Assembly: GCF_009914755.1 (NCBI RefSeq)
Contig: NC_060936.1
Source of the DNA: the human T2T-CHM13v2.0 reference genome, Homo sapiens
Length of the DNA: 64,000 bases
Direction: 5' to 3' (one strand)
This document shows positions 1 to 13,879 of the stretch, piece by piece; within the stretch, counting starts at the first letter, position 1; each line of letters begins with the position of its first letter. The position numbers and the translations under genes were made by a program. The notes under the pieces are model-generated. The model saw only the letters and a program-made list of their open reading frames with translations, was not told where the DNA came from and did no database searches.

Positions 1-915
1 GCAAGGGAAGTGCCGAGCTAACGGGGATGAGGCGAAGTGCTAGATACAAGAGGAGCCTGGTCTCCTAAGAAGTTCCCACTAGGTGTTAGGAGTCCTAGAG
101 CTTCTCATCAAAGAAAAGATTCTCTAACTGTGGAATTTCAGAAATTGGCAAGCTGTCAGGGTTGGTCTGGGGGAGGAGGGAACCTCCTGAAATCACTTTA
201 TGTGATGGGTTCCTCCATCCGCTCAAACGGGTTTCTTAGTTTTAGCCCATCAGTCTGCTGAGGTGAAATTAAGTTCTCTTCCAAGTTTGTTATCTGAAAT
301 GACCCTGGGTCCGTCAGTACTGCAGCTGCACCCTGACCTGGGCTGGTGACAGTGCTCTGCAGGAGGCGCCCACTCGTTCCCGGTCCTCCTCCGGGAGGAG
401 CCCACAGACACCACACTGGTTTCCCAGTACACTGAAGCTATCGCTGACGTTAAGGAGCCTCTTCTAAGCTGGGAAATGTGGGCAGCTGGCTGCGGTCCTC
501 CCTGGAGGGGGTGAGGGAAGGTGTTGGTGAAACGCTTGTGGTTCTCAGGGGCCCTGGGAAACTCTTTTCTTTATCATCGACTTTGTCAGGCTGAAGCCAT
601 CTCTCATTTTTCAGAGCATGCTCATGGGCAGGGAGGGTGAGAGCTCTTCCATCCGGGAATAAGTTTATAAATGCACGAAAGCAGCTGGGCTTTGCCGGGA
701 AGCAGGATGAGGGGGCTGCCCTGGGTTTGATGTTGTGCTCTCTTCTAATGCTGGAAATATTCAGCTGCTCCTGGGTTGGATGTGAGCACCAACTGAGGCT
801 GGCTCATAATTCTTCCTTGACAAATGCCTCATTTGGGACAATAACTCATGATTTCTTCACTGCCTCCTATTAAACAATTAAAAGAAGGCACACATTATTC
901 TATGAATATATATGA

Positions 916-1323
<408 letters not shown>

Positions 1324-1349
1324 TAGAATTTTATTTTATTTTTTAGTCA

Positions 1350-1870
1350 GGCTTCAGAAGGGCCCTGGAACATGGCTCTGTGTGATCTGGCCCCTGCCTA
1401 CCTCTGCCACATCTCAGAGCCCTCTGTCCCACAGCTGCATCTTCCTGTCCTCTGCCACTCCCAGCTCCCCCTGCCCCACCTCTCTGTTCCCTCTGCCTGG
1501 AGCATCCTCCACATTCTTTCTAGGGGACCCTGGTGCCCCCAGCTAGCTTAGGTCCTCTCCTATTCCCTCCCCTTGACTTTTGCTTTTCTTTTATAGCACT
1601 TCATTCAACAAATATTTTTTCAGTACTTACTATGCCAGGCTGTTGTGACATAGCAATTAACAAAACAGACACAAAGCTCGGTCCTTATAGAACTGGTAAT
1701 CTAAGCTCATTGCCATTGTGTTGATGAGTAATTATTCAGCAATTGGTTTGTTAACTTGTCTTCTCCACTAGACTGGAAGCTCCATGAGGACAGGGCCATA
1801 TCTGTCTCGTTCACAGTACCATGAATCCCCAGTGCATAGTAGGCACTCAGTAGGTTCCTGGGGAATGAAA
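1350..1870. mobile_element. Cluster of L2 LINE fragments in both orientations
   Basis: L2 motifs TGATCTGGCCCCTGCCTACCTC and CTCTGCCTGGA; CATTCAACAAATATTT...TACTATGCCAGGC (minus 3' end); ACTAGACTGGAAGCTCCATGAGGACAGGG...CATAGTAGGCACTCAGTA (plus 3' end). Confidence 0.75.
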
Positions 1871-3584
1871 GACATTCTGGGATTGATGGCTGCCATTTGG
1901 CCATCTAGGCTCTCTGAGGTAGCTGCATCTTCCTTGGGAATCCAGAGGTCGTCATGTGGAATTACCTCCTCAAGACTGAATTACACAGCCTGTTAGAGGG
2001 AATATAAGAGGAGCCGAGCTGGCTCCACCACAGGGCTGCCGGGCCTGGAGCTGGTCCCTGAAGAACTCCAGGGCCCGCAGGATGCTCACGGTTTGTCCTT
2101 TGCCACGTGCCCGACACGTCTCGCACCATTTCCAAACCGCTCCTCGAGGGTCTCTCCCCTCTTCAACTTCTGTGTATTTTTGCACTTACAACTTCTTGGG
2201 GTCATTTTACTTTATGTCAAATATATACTGGCTGGGTGATCATGTCAGGGCCCTTTACTTGCCCTGAGGCACCTCTTCTAGGTGTCAAGAGGGGTCTTCC
2301 CTGTTTGGGGTTAGCTGAGCAACTTCTGTTTCACCATTGCTTTTAACCCAGGGCTAGTGGCTTCCTACTGATGTCTTCAGACCAGGCATTAACCTCTTAA
2401 AAACCCCACACCTTCAGCTGAAAAACAGATCATCACTGTCCTCAACAATATGCATTTGCTCCATTTACTCCTGGGGTTGTCCATTTGGCTGTTCATTCAT
2501 TCATTTGTTGAGTCATTCATCAAGGGAAGGAGGGAGGAAGGGAGGGAGGGATTGGGGCCAGGACTAGGTAAGGCAAGCTGGGCTCCTGGGTTGCAGAATT
2601 TAAGGCAGCATTCACCCTCAGGACCAGGCAAGTGCAGAGTCAGCAGTCCTGTTCCTGGGTATGGAGTCCTGTCCTGCCCCCGTACCCAGCTTCATTCTCC
2701 TTTGAGATTTCATTTGTCACAAAAGCCTTTCACTAGGTGATGACCAAGCTCCAAAGGTGACCCCAGGTAACCCACGAGGGGCCTCCGCACACCCTCACAT
2801 CACCTCCCCACCATGTCCAAGCTTTGTATGTAGCAAAAGTCTGTGAAAGACAGCGTGGGAGGGAAGTGAGACTCTCCACATTTTCAGGAATAAAAAGTAC
2901 ATTTTTACACTTACTTGATTACTTAAAGGCCCCATCTATCGCAAATGTTGCCTGGCCTTCCGGTGGCACACGCCCGGGGCTTCCAGTGTTTTGATATAAA
3001 CCCAGACCCTTAAGAAGATGTAATTGCCGGTTGTCTTACAAGCAGTCATCTCATCACAGGGGGGTTGGAAGGAGAATTCAGGAGCCAAACAGCCGCAAGA
3101 GCACCTGGCAGATCCAGTTCCGCTGGATGATGTCTTTGAACAAGACTAAAAATGACTGTGTTGATGGCTTCGCCGTTTTCCAACATTTGGTGGAATGACA
3201 GAGCCTTAGGACATGTCTGTAGCCACATCTGCCATCTCTGACATCAACTGAGTGTTACTAATTCCCATTCCTCTCTTTTAATGAAGGAAGAGTTCATCAG
3301 TGCTGGTCTCATCCAAAGAAGCAAATTAGGGAGTCTGTTCTTTGCAAATGTTGGGGCGTGGTTGGTGATTGCTCAGTGGAGAAGCAGCTGCTGGTGATCA
3401 AGTCCTCTGTGTTCACCAGACCCCAGTATGTACAACTATTATGTATCCATAATAATTACAAATTAAAAAAGAAAACAGCTCCCAGGCCAACACACAACAC
3501 CGCCTTAATGAACATCATTGTCATTCAACCTGTGTAGTTTTCATTCCGGACAGGATGGGCTGCTGGATGCAGTACAATTTAATA

Positions 3585-3778
3585 CTATTATAATTAACAT
3601 TTACAGAGTGTATATTATGTACTATAAGCTTGCCATGAGGTTTGACTCTGGATTGTGACCATGATCACCCCCATTTTACAGATGTGGCTATTGAGGCCTG
3701 GAGAGTTCAGTGGCTGATCCAGGTTACACAGTAGGGCTGTGGCAGAGGCCAGATCAGATCCAAGCATTGGCCTCCCGT
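3585..3778 (-). mobile_element. MIR SINE
   Basis: MIR core CCCCATTTTACAGATGTGGCTATTGAGGC...CCAGGTTACACAG. Confidence 0.8.
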
Positions 3779-4194
3779 GTCCTCATTTCTGTGTTGTTCA
3801 GTGTCCTCAGACATCCCGCTCCATTTCTTTGTTCAACGCTACCACCCTCTACCCTGGCCAGACTGGGTTCCTCTCTAACTCAAAGACACATGATGGGACA
3901 CACTGTGCTTTACAGGGAAGGACAGTGGAGGCCAGGAGAGAGAAGGCTGAACCAAAGAAACTTCCTAAGGCTCAACTGTTTATACAGTTCTCTCCGTCTG
4001 TTCTCCATGTTCTCTCCATCAGCCTCTGAGGAGCTCGAAGCTCCTGTAAAAGTCCTTGGCCCTTTAGGTGCGCTCTGGTACCGTCTTTCTCTATGGCACC
4101 TTTTGTGGCCTTCAGGTAAAGAGCCAAGAAGGAACACCCCTTTTATTTCCCCTTGATTTTCGTGCCGTTTATTTATTTATCAGTATTGTCTAGC

Positions 4195-4420
4195 CTTTTA
4201 AGAGCCTGGATGTGAGTCTCGGCTCTGCTACTTTGCAGCTGTGTGACCTTGGGCAAGTGACTTAACCTCTCTGTGCCTTGGTTTCTTTATCTGTAAAATG
4301 GGATAATAGTATCTAGCTCATGGTATTGTTGTAAGAATCAAAGGAGCTAATCAAAGTAAGGCACTTAGAGCATGACCAATATATATTAATAGGAGGCTCA
4401 CAAAAAAATCTAGCTCTTAC
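4195..4420 (+). mobile_element. MIR SINE
   Basis: GCTGTGTGACCTTGGGCAAGTGACTTAACCTCTCTGTGCCTTGGTTTCTTTATCTGTAAAATGGGATAATAGTA. Confidence 0.92.
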
Positions 4421-4608
4421 TGCAACTCCTACTACTCCTATTTTTTTTTTTTAAAACAACTTTTATTTTTGCACCCCTGTACTGGAATAGATGATCTTGG
4501 GCCTGGTTTCTGTAAGCAACACTGACTGTCATCATCTGTAAGGATAAGCACTTAGTGACTAAACTGAAATCTCCAAGTCTTGCTTTTAAAAAAGAAAGAC
4601 CCTTGGCT

Positions 4609-4942
<334 letters not shown>

Positions 4943-4945
<3 letters not shown>

Positions 4946-5110
4946 GGTTGGGGGAGGGGGGAGGGATAGCATTAGGAGATATACCTAATGCTAAATGATG
5001 AGTTAATGGGTGCAGCACACCAACATGGCACATGTATACATATGTAACAAACCTGCACGTTGTGCACATGTATCCTAAAACTTAAAGTATAATAATAATT
5101 TTTAAAAAAA
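4943..5110 (+). mobile_element. 5'-truncated young L1PA (L1PA3/PA4-like) 3' UTR end
   Basis: GGGGGAGGGGGGAGGGATAGCATTAGGAGATATACCTAATGCTAAATGA...GTAACAAACCTGCACGTTGTGCACATGTATCCTAAAACTTAAAGTATAATAA. Confidence 0.96.
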
Positions 5111-5149
5111 CCACAAAAACCTTTGGCTACAAAATGCCCAGCCTGTATC

Positions 5150-5645
5150 CAGATTAAAATCTGTGTGAGACCTTTCTATGGCTTCCTTCCTGTTGCACTT
5201 AGAATAAAATGCAAAGTCTCTAACAACGTCCATGAGGGCCCCGCCACTAGCCCCTGCCTGCCTTCCACCCTGGCACTCAAAGCTGGTCACTTCCCTGTTC
5301 CCCACTGAGACTTGGATTTTGTTGCCGGAGAGACTGCATCTGCTGTCCCCTTTGAGTGGAACTCTTGCTCTGACCTTCAACCCATCTGGTCACGTACATG
5401 CACTTGGTCTGCTTCCTGCTCAGCAGGACTCAGCAAAATGATCATCTCCTCCCTTCTCCCTTTGCCGCACCCCCCCACCCCAAATCAGGTGTCCATGTCA
5501 CAAGCTCCCGGCACTTCTCTTTCTGTGTCTGGGTCCTGCCAGGCTGGAACCTCTATGAGGACAGGGACTCCTTACAAAATTCACCACCACCTCCTCAGTG
5601 CCTAGCACAGGTCCTGGCATAGAGCAGGCTCTCTCAGCTGAGCAA
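5150..5645 (+). mobile_element. L2 fragments including 3' end
   Basis: GCACTTAGAATAAAATGCAAAGTC; CTCTATGAGGACAGGGAC...CAGTGCCTAGCACAGGTCCTGGCATAGAGCAGG. Confidence 0.75.
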
Positions 5646-5667
5646 CTCAAGGAGGCACAAGCACCAG

Positions 5668-5985
5668 GCAATGGTTTACCAGTGGTATGTTGTGACCTAT
5701 TGTAAAATGGGTCTTCCGGGTCATAACCAACCTTGGAAGCAGGGGAAAAGGCGGAGGAGAAAGGAGGAGCAAAATGAGAAGGAGCTGGAGGAAAAGAAGG
5801 AGGAAGAGAGAAAGAAAAAGAACAGAACAAAACAAAATAGAAAATATCAGAAGACATTGCATGTGAAAGGAGAAAAATATTGTCTCGTAAGACTTTCATT
5901 TTGTATATGTGTGAACAGATGTGTGTGTGTGTGTGTGTGAAGTTGTACAATATGTTCTTACTATAGGTTGAAGTAAAAAAGAAAA
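5668..5985. mobile_element. Degenerate hAT-Charlie-type DNA transposon relic with GA-rich insert and (TG)n
   Basis: AAAATAGAAAATATCAGA...TATTGTCTCGTAAGACTTT...TTCTTACTATAGGT resembles a Charlie-family MITE; (TG)10 at 5920-5939. Confidence 0.5.
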
Positions 5986-6924
5986 AGGTGGGAAAGTTAC
6001 CTGACTTAAAGTGTGATGATATTAGCAATAGGTGTCAACCACTTGACTCAACCTGAACTCCTGCCCTTCCCAATGGAGTGGGATGGGAAAACGCAGTCAG
6101 CATCCAACTGCCACTTGAATTACCAACATCCACTACTCTCATGATAAAGGGTGTACGTGGGGGTGATTTGGGTAGTGGGCAGGATAGGGTATTGTGAGGT
6201 AAGGGTTGGGGTAACAAAAAATAGCCTTGCATTTCTGCCAGAAATCCCCTTCTTTAAGCCTGCTAACTTTGCAGAAGAATGGGTGTGGGACATTTGTCTC
6301 AAGTTCCTTATCCTGTGTTGCTTTGGCTGAAATCTCCGATGAATATGTGCAGCTTACCTAAAGGAAGAATTTCTCTATCTGAATGGATCCAGGTCCTGCA
6401 ACTTCTTTCATAGGGTATAACTTTAGTTTTCAGCCGCTTTTTTTCTGCTTCCTAGAACTCGAAAGGTACAGGCAGTCTGCAAAGTGCAGTGGCTTTTGAG
6501 TTGAACAAATCCCAAATACCAGTGGCAGGCACAGATCCCAAAAGCTGCGCATGTGGCTTTTCTCCTGGCACTTGAGCTGAGATTGTCTCTTTTAGAAATG
6601 TCAGCTTGGGAGTGGGAAGCTTGAAAATGTCAGTCTTGCTAGTCTGTGGCTTGGTGACTTTTAGGAACTGGGGTTCTCAGAATTGCATGTGCCTTTCCAT
6701 GACCTTTGTTAGAAACGTATGCCATCCTGGAGTTTGCAGGGCATGTGGCAGGAACTTCTGATTAATAGGCTTTGAAATTCAGGTCTGGAGTCACATAACC
6801 CATGTTGGCATTTCTGGTATCAGTTCACATAGTTTGAAGTATAATAAGACATACTTGTGTATTACAGGTTGAACATTAAGATGGCAAAATACTTTAACAC
6901 CACTGGTCACAGCCCAAGGACTAT

Positions 6925-7016
6925 ATATAAATAGCATCAATCCTAAAGGCCCCAAACTGGAAACAAATGTCCATAAGCTTGTGAATGGATACACAAAATA
7001 TGGTATATCCATACAA
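6925..7016 (+). mobile_element. Old L1M fragment
   Basis: CCCAAACTGGAAACAAATGTCCA...GAATGGATACACAAAATATGGTATATCCATACAA. Confidence 0.7.
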
Positions 7017-7420
7017 TTGATACCCAACCACATTAGTTTGCCTACACACAGTAAGCCAATCACTGTGATGATGGATTTTCCTAAAGAGAAGTAATTTTTT
7101 CATGAGGCAGCCAAGCTAGGAGGTAGGAGAACAGGTCTCAAATCTGCCTTCCCAAAGATGGGATTTTAGGGATCTTTATGGGATAGAGGAGCAAGGTGGC
7201 CTGAGGCATGGGGAAAGGCGATTGTGGGTAAGAGAACATGAGGTAATTGGCAATCCATGCATACGTGGTCAAGCTTCATTGCCCTTCACGGAATAAGAGT
7301 TCAGAAAATGGTGGCATTAACATGATCTGAGGGAGTAGTGTTTGGCCCTCTGATGTCAAAAGGTCACCTCTCATGCCTTTGTGCAGGCCCAGTTGGAGGT
7401 CGGTGGTCTCAACCAGCTTG
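7017..7420 (-). mobile_element. ERV1-class LTR fragment (subfamily uncertain)
   Basis: GGCAGCCAAGCTAGGAGGTAGGAGAACAGGTCTCAAATCTGCCTTCCC...GGGATCTTTATGGGA resembles antisense MER4-group LTR sequence. Confidence 0.55.
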
Positions 7421-8402
7421 TGTTTGCAAAACACATACCTAAAAAAAGACTCATATACCAAATATACAGAGAACTCTTAAATTCAACAATAAGAGAACAA
7501 ACAGCCCAGTTAAAAATGGGTGAAAGATACAAACAGATGTCGCCAAAGGAGATCTACAGATGGCAAGTAAGCATAAGAAAGGATGCTCTACATCATATGT
7601 CGTTAGGGAATTACAAATTAAAACAAAAATGAAATAACACTTAATACCTATTAGAATGTCTAAAATCCAAAACACCAGCAACACCAAATGCTGGTGAAGA
7701 CATGGAGTAACAGAAATCTCATTCACTGCGGGTGGAAATGCAAAATGATACAGCCCTTTTGGAAGACAGTTTGGCAGTTTCTTATGAAACTAAACATCCT
7801 CTTATCATGTGATCCAGCAGTTGCACTCCTTAGTATTTACTCAAATGAGCTAAAAACTTATGTATCCACAAAAATCTGCACACAAGTGTTTATGGCAGCT
7901 TTATTCATAATTGCCAAAACTTGGAAGCTACCATGATACCCTTATACAGGTGAAGGGATAAACACACTATGATGCATCCATACAACAGAATATTATTCAG
8001 CAATCAGAAATATGCCATCCAGCCACAAAAAGATATGGAGGAACCTGAAGTGCATATTACTAAGTGAAAGAAGTCAATCTGAAAAGGCTACGTTCTGTAT
8101 GATTCCAACTATATGACATTCTGTAAAAGTTGGCAAATGTCTGTAAACAGCAGTAAATGACTATGGGGGCAGTAAAAAGATCAGTGGTTGCCAGGGTTTC
8201 AGGAGGTGGGGAGAGGGATGAACAGGAAGAGCACAAGGGATTTTTAGGACAGAAAACTACTCTATGCAATGCTTTAATGGTGGATACATGACATTACACA
8301 AAGAATGAAGTCTAATGTAAACTATGGACTTCAATTAATAAGAATGCATTGACAGTGGCTCATCAGTCACAACATATGTACCACACCAATGCAAGATATT
8401 AA
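7421..8402 (+). mobile_element. L1MC (L1MC2-like) 3' region, part 1
   Basis: Degenerate ORF2 C-terminus (ORF translations such as IYRELL and WKTVWQFL) followed by L1MC 3' UTR TAATGTAAACTATGGACT...TGTACCACACCAATGCAAGAT. Confidence 0.9.
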
Positions 8403-9198
8403 TGATAGGGACAGGAGGCAGGGAAATTCTGGGCAGAAGAGGGTTGGTCCCCAGCGAGGTCCCTACCCTCAAGCTGAAAAGCCTAATACTGTAGCCCAAA
8501 GTGAGACCTTACATCCCTGTTTTCCCGCTCAAATGTTGCCTGCCCCGACCCCCATCCTGTGCCCATAAATACCCCAGGCTCAGCCAACAGAGAGGGGAGA
8601 AGCAGCTGGACATTGGAGACTACAGTTGGATGTCAGAAGCAGCTTGACTTCAGAGGGACAGCTTGATGGCATAGCTTTAGAGATGAGTCCAATCGGGGAC
8701 CACTGGACTCCAGGGGAAAATTACCTTCCCACTCCTTCCCCTTTTTAGCTCCCCTTCCTGCTGAAAGCCACTTTCACTGGCAATAAAATCCCCCACATTG
8801 GCCATCTTCAAGTCATTTGTGTGACCTCATTCCTCCTGGATGCCAGACAAGAACTCAGGTGCCACAAATGTGAATGCAAAAGGGTGTCTGTCACATGGAC
8901 CATCCACTGAGCTGTTAACACTTAATCTGTCCATGGATGGCAAAGCTAAAAGGGCACTGTAACACTTCTTCCGGGGCTTCAGGGGTCATGGACACCCTCC
9001 CCTAGATGCTGCCACAGGGTCAGTACAGAGTTCGCTCTTGCTGGCACCCAAAAGCGTTCACCCCCACCTCCTGCACCCATTCACCTGTGTTCCCCCTCCT
9101 CTGAGGGGTGGAACAGTGAGTGAGTGGAATTTGCCCCTGCCAGCACCCATGTACTCCAGTTCCTGCCTGCAAAGGGGTCAGGGAAGTATCCTGCTTCA
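8403..9198 (+). mobile_element. ERV1 solo LTR (MER50/LTR27/LTR28 group), complete, 796 bp
   Basis: TG...CA termini (TGATAGGGACAGGAGGCAGGGAAATTCTGGGCAGAAGAGGG...ATCCTGCTTCA); 4-bp TSD TTAA at 8399-8402 and 9199-9202; TATA-like CATAAATA near 8564 and AATAAA near 8782. Confidence 0.92.
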
Positions 9199-9325
9199 TT
9201 AATAATGGGAAACTGGGGGTTAAGGTATGAGTGTATGTATATGGAAGCTCTCTATACTTTCCACTCAATTTTTCTGTCAACCTAAAACTGCTCAAAAAAG
9301 AGAATCTATTAATTTAATTAAAAAC
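9199..9325 (+). mobile_element. L1MC 3' terminus, part 2 (resumes after the LTR)
   Basis: TTAATAATGGGAAACT...CTCAATTTTTCTGTCAACCTAAAACTGCTCAAAAAA. Confidence 0.88.
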
Positions 9326-9496
9326 AAAACTGGGTGGACCCTACCCACCTTCCTACCAGCAAACATGAGAAGGAGGATGGCTGTTCCCCAGTGCTGACGG
9401 GGGCACTCAACCTTCTGGGGGCAATTTAGCAATGGATAAGAAAATAAAAAGTCTGTAATCACCTTGATCTGGCACTTCTAGGAGTTTATCCTAAAG

Positions 9497-9718
9497 CCAT
9501 GGTTCTCAACCAGGGGGGATTTTGCACCCCATCCACCCCAGGGAGGACATTTGGCAACATCCGAAGATAGTTTTGATTGTCAGAGCTGGGGAGCTGCTAC
9601 TGTCCTCTAGTGGGTTGAGGCCAGGGATGCTGCTGAACGTCCTATGGTGCACAGGACAATCCTTACAACAGAGTCATCTGATCCTGTACGTCATTAGTGA
9701 CACTTCTGAGAAGCCCAA
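9497..9718. mobile_element. MER20 hAT-Charlie DNA transposon inserted in an L1ME relic
   Basis: GGTTCTCAACCAGGGGGGATTTTGC...GACATTTGGCAA...GAGGCCAGGGATGCTGCTGAACGTCCTATGGTGCACAGGACA. Confidence 0.9.
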
Positions 9719-9979
9719 ATGAGGAACTGGGTAGGTACATAGTACTCATCTCAGTATTGTTCACAGTAGTGAGAAATTAGAAATGATCAAAATATCATGT
9801 GGCAGTAATTAAAGGATGGTATATCCATACTATGGGATCCTGTGCAGCCTTTAGAATGGCAGTATGGGAGTATGATCTCTAATATGAAAAAAAATGCTCA
9901 TGAGACATACATGAAAAAAATTACAAAGCGACATGCATAGAAGAATTGTATCATTGTAAAGACAGAGTACCTATGCGCA

Positions 9980-10306
<327 letters not shown>

Positions 10307-10625
10307 TGTTATGTATCTCTGAGAAGACACATAACAAAATCTCAAGCCTGTGTCTAGGTGGTTGGAATATAGGTGGTTTTTAACTTTTAAAATTATTTTG
10401 GGGATTTAGATTTTTTTTTTACAATGAACATTTATTACTTTTATAATTAAAACAAGAATACTTTTTAAAATTAAGAAATTATGCAACTAGATGTGTAGTC
10501 AAGTAGAGGTTGCTTAAATACTAAGGTTTATTTTCAACTACTAATTACTTTCAAAAGTATTTTAAGGAACACATTGTCATACCAATTAGATGCCCACTAC
10601 ATGCAGGTTTTGTACATTTCATTTA

Positions 10626-10957
<332 letters not shown>

Positions 10958-11242
10958 CGCAAACCTTGTTGTTGCTCCTCACCACCCATTTTAGAGATGA
11001 GGAAGCAGAAGTTTGGAGGGTTAGATACGTCAGATGCAGAGATGGGGTTCTACCCTGTGTTTTCAAAGTCCAAGTCTTTCCCTCTGTACCATGGTAGGGG
11101 CAGTGTGCCACTGTAGTGGGTAGCGTGTTTGTGTGGGATTATCAGTAACAGATTTCTTCCAATATGCTCTTTTCAAGAACTCCAGCACATTTAGGGGATT
11201 TCCATTTGAGGAACTTAAGAGGACATTCAGAGACTTTTTCTT

Positions 11243-11266
11243 CACACACACACACACACACACACA
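11243..11266. repeat. (CA)n microsatellite
   Basis: About 12 pure CA units. Confidence 0.95.
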
Positions 11267-12438
11267 AAGTTCTCATGACTTTTTTTTGTTGTTGCACTTG
11301 AGGAGTTTTTCCTATCTGGAAAATTCCTTTGCCTGGAATGGCTTATTCTAGATCAGGGATGGAAACATCAGTTGTGCCTGAGAATCTGGTCTGGGTCTCA
11401 TGAGCGTGTTTTCCAGCTCCTGGAAAGCCAAGACTTCACTGTTTTAACCCAGGGTAAGAAGGGACCTCTCTAGAACATTTCTCAGCTGTCATCTCATAAA
11501 GAGACTTGTCAAACCTGATTCCTCTGGTACCAAGAGGAAGCAATTTGAATTTTCTTATTTCCTCTGGAGTTTAGGGGTGCAGTTAGCAAACAAAGGAACC
11601 TCTTAGGTCTCTCTGCCTTTGCTATCTGCTAGTGGAGACTGCTTTTCTTGGACGGTTTCTGCAAGGAGCTGTCCGGCCAGTTGTGGATTGGCTCACGGGA
11701 TGGAGAACTGCTTCCTCTGAAGAGAGGGACTTCTGCTTCCTCCTCACTGTGCTTATTGCTGCTCAGAGGCTGCTGGGAAATCTCTGCCGCAGCCACCCTC
11801 CCAGCGTGCACCTCCTGGATATCTGTCCATGGAAGCTCCTGGACACCCCCTACCTTCCCTGCATCTGGGTGGACTCCCGCATGCACTTGCTGCATTTCGT
11901 CTCAGGTTGCCTTTTGACTCTCCACCGCTTATGATTCCACTCGGTGGCCTCCCTACTGATGTCTTTCCTCAGCCATCTTGTAAGTGGTTTCTCCTTGGTT
12001 CCAGCCCTCACTGAGGCCAGATTCTGTTTCCTGCCTTCAGTGTCTAACGTGTGGCCAATCCTCTTTCTTCAAAGGCAGAGTGGCCCTGCTTGCATCTGCC
12101 AAAAAGACACACCTGGGCTCCCTGCAGCTGGCGTGGTGCTGCCTGGGCATCCTGCCAAGCCAGCATGCCCTCTTTCTAGGGGAGCTTTCCTGCTTCTGGT
12201 TTTCAAATCCTTGAAGCAGCACTGGGGAGGCGATGAAGAGGGTCAGGTTTGGAGTCTCTGGCTGAGTCCTGGCCCTGGCCCTGGCAGGCAGAGTGCAGCT
12301 GGGGTGGTTCTGTCTCAGAGCCCGGTGGCAGACTGACCAGTGTAGGTAGGGGAAGACTGGCTGGACCTCCATCTCAGATCTGTCCCTTGAAAGTAGGGTT
12401 GGGATGAGACCCCTTAGAGGCTTCAGTCTGGAAGATAG

Positions 12439-12854
<416 letters not shown>

Positions 12855-12867
12855 TTCCACTTTTAAA

Positions 12868-13065
12868 TTAATAATAATAGTTCCCATGGTTGGAGGGCAC
12901 CCACTCTGAGCCAGGTACTTGGCAATAATCCTCTGAGGTGGAATCTGTGATTCTCATCCCCACCATACAGGTGAGGAAACTGAGGCTCAGGAAGTTAAAG
13001 AACTGACCCAACAGAGAGCCAGGGGGCTGGGCCAGGACTGGAGCTCAGGCCTCCTATTCTGCTTT
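12868..13065 (-). mobile_element. MIR SINE
   Basis: TACAGGTGAGGAAACTGAGGCTCAGGAAGTTAAAGAACTGACCCAA. Confidence 0.85.
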
Positions 13066-13879
13066 GCAAGAAATATTTGTGTTGGAAGCCCAGCTGGGCT
13101 TGTTGGAAAAGCAACCTGCAGGTGGGGGTGGGCACCGCAGTTGTCTTTATTTTGGCCCCTTCTGAGTTTGCTCTTTGTCTGCCTGGGCTCTGGGGGGCCC
13201 TTCCCACCCACTCACCTTCCCCTGCTGGTCCTGGCCTCCAAGGGCTCCAAGTCCTTCCCCCCCACCCTCCCCTTGGCTTAGCTGTGGACTAATCCCTTTT
13301 CCCATTAGGTGAGCCAAGACAAGATCAGAGCTTTATTAAAAGGAAATTAAACTAGGAAATGAAAGGATAAACAAACCTCAAACAAGAAAAAACAACAGCA
13401 CCAAGTAAGATGAGTTGACAGAGCACCACTCTTTATCCTAAAGGGTATCCATCTACCTACAAATTAGGGTGTGGCTCCCAGTGGGGCCATCATCTCTTCT
13501 TCCACCCTCACCAGCTCTGCCTGTCATGATCAAGCTCGTCATCATGGTGGCTTCAGCAAACATGTTCTTTGGGGACCTTGGTGATGGCACCATACTCTCC
13601 AGCGCTTTGCTCACACTAGCCCCTCCCCTGATTTCTTTCTGAGTCCCGCATGCAGGATGCTGCCGGCTCAGCCAGTGCCTCCCTGGTGAATGGACCCAGG
13701 TAATGGCTCCCATGCTGGCTTCCCCTACAGGGGAGAAGTTGCATTTCATATCCTCTATTCCACTTTCCAGGGCCCTGCGAGATCCACTCCCCGCATCCCA
13801 TTAGTCTGCCCTCCTTCCATGCCTCGCTTCCACCCCACTTTCTCCTCCTCCTTTTCTCTCTTGCTGCAACCTCTTGGTG

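Noticed and set aside
598-642. 22-nt micro-exon candidate (TTTTTCAG|AGCATGCTCATGGGCAGGGAGG|GTGAGA)
   Set aside because: Plausible splice sites, but very short, not a multiple of 3 and unsupported; expected by chance
7381-7936. ORFs resembling the L1 ORF2 C-terminus
   Set aside because: Frameshifted, stop-containing L1MC relic, not a functional CDS
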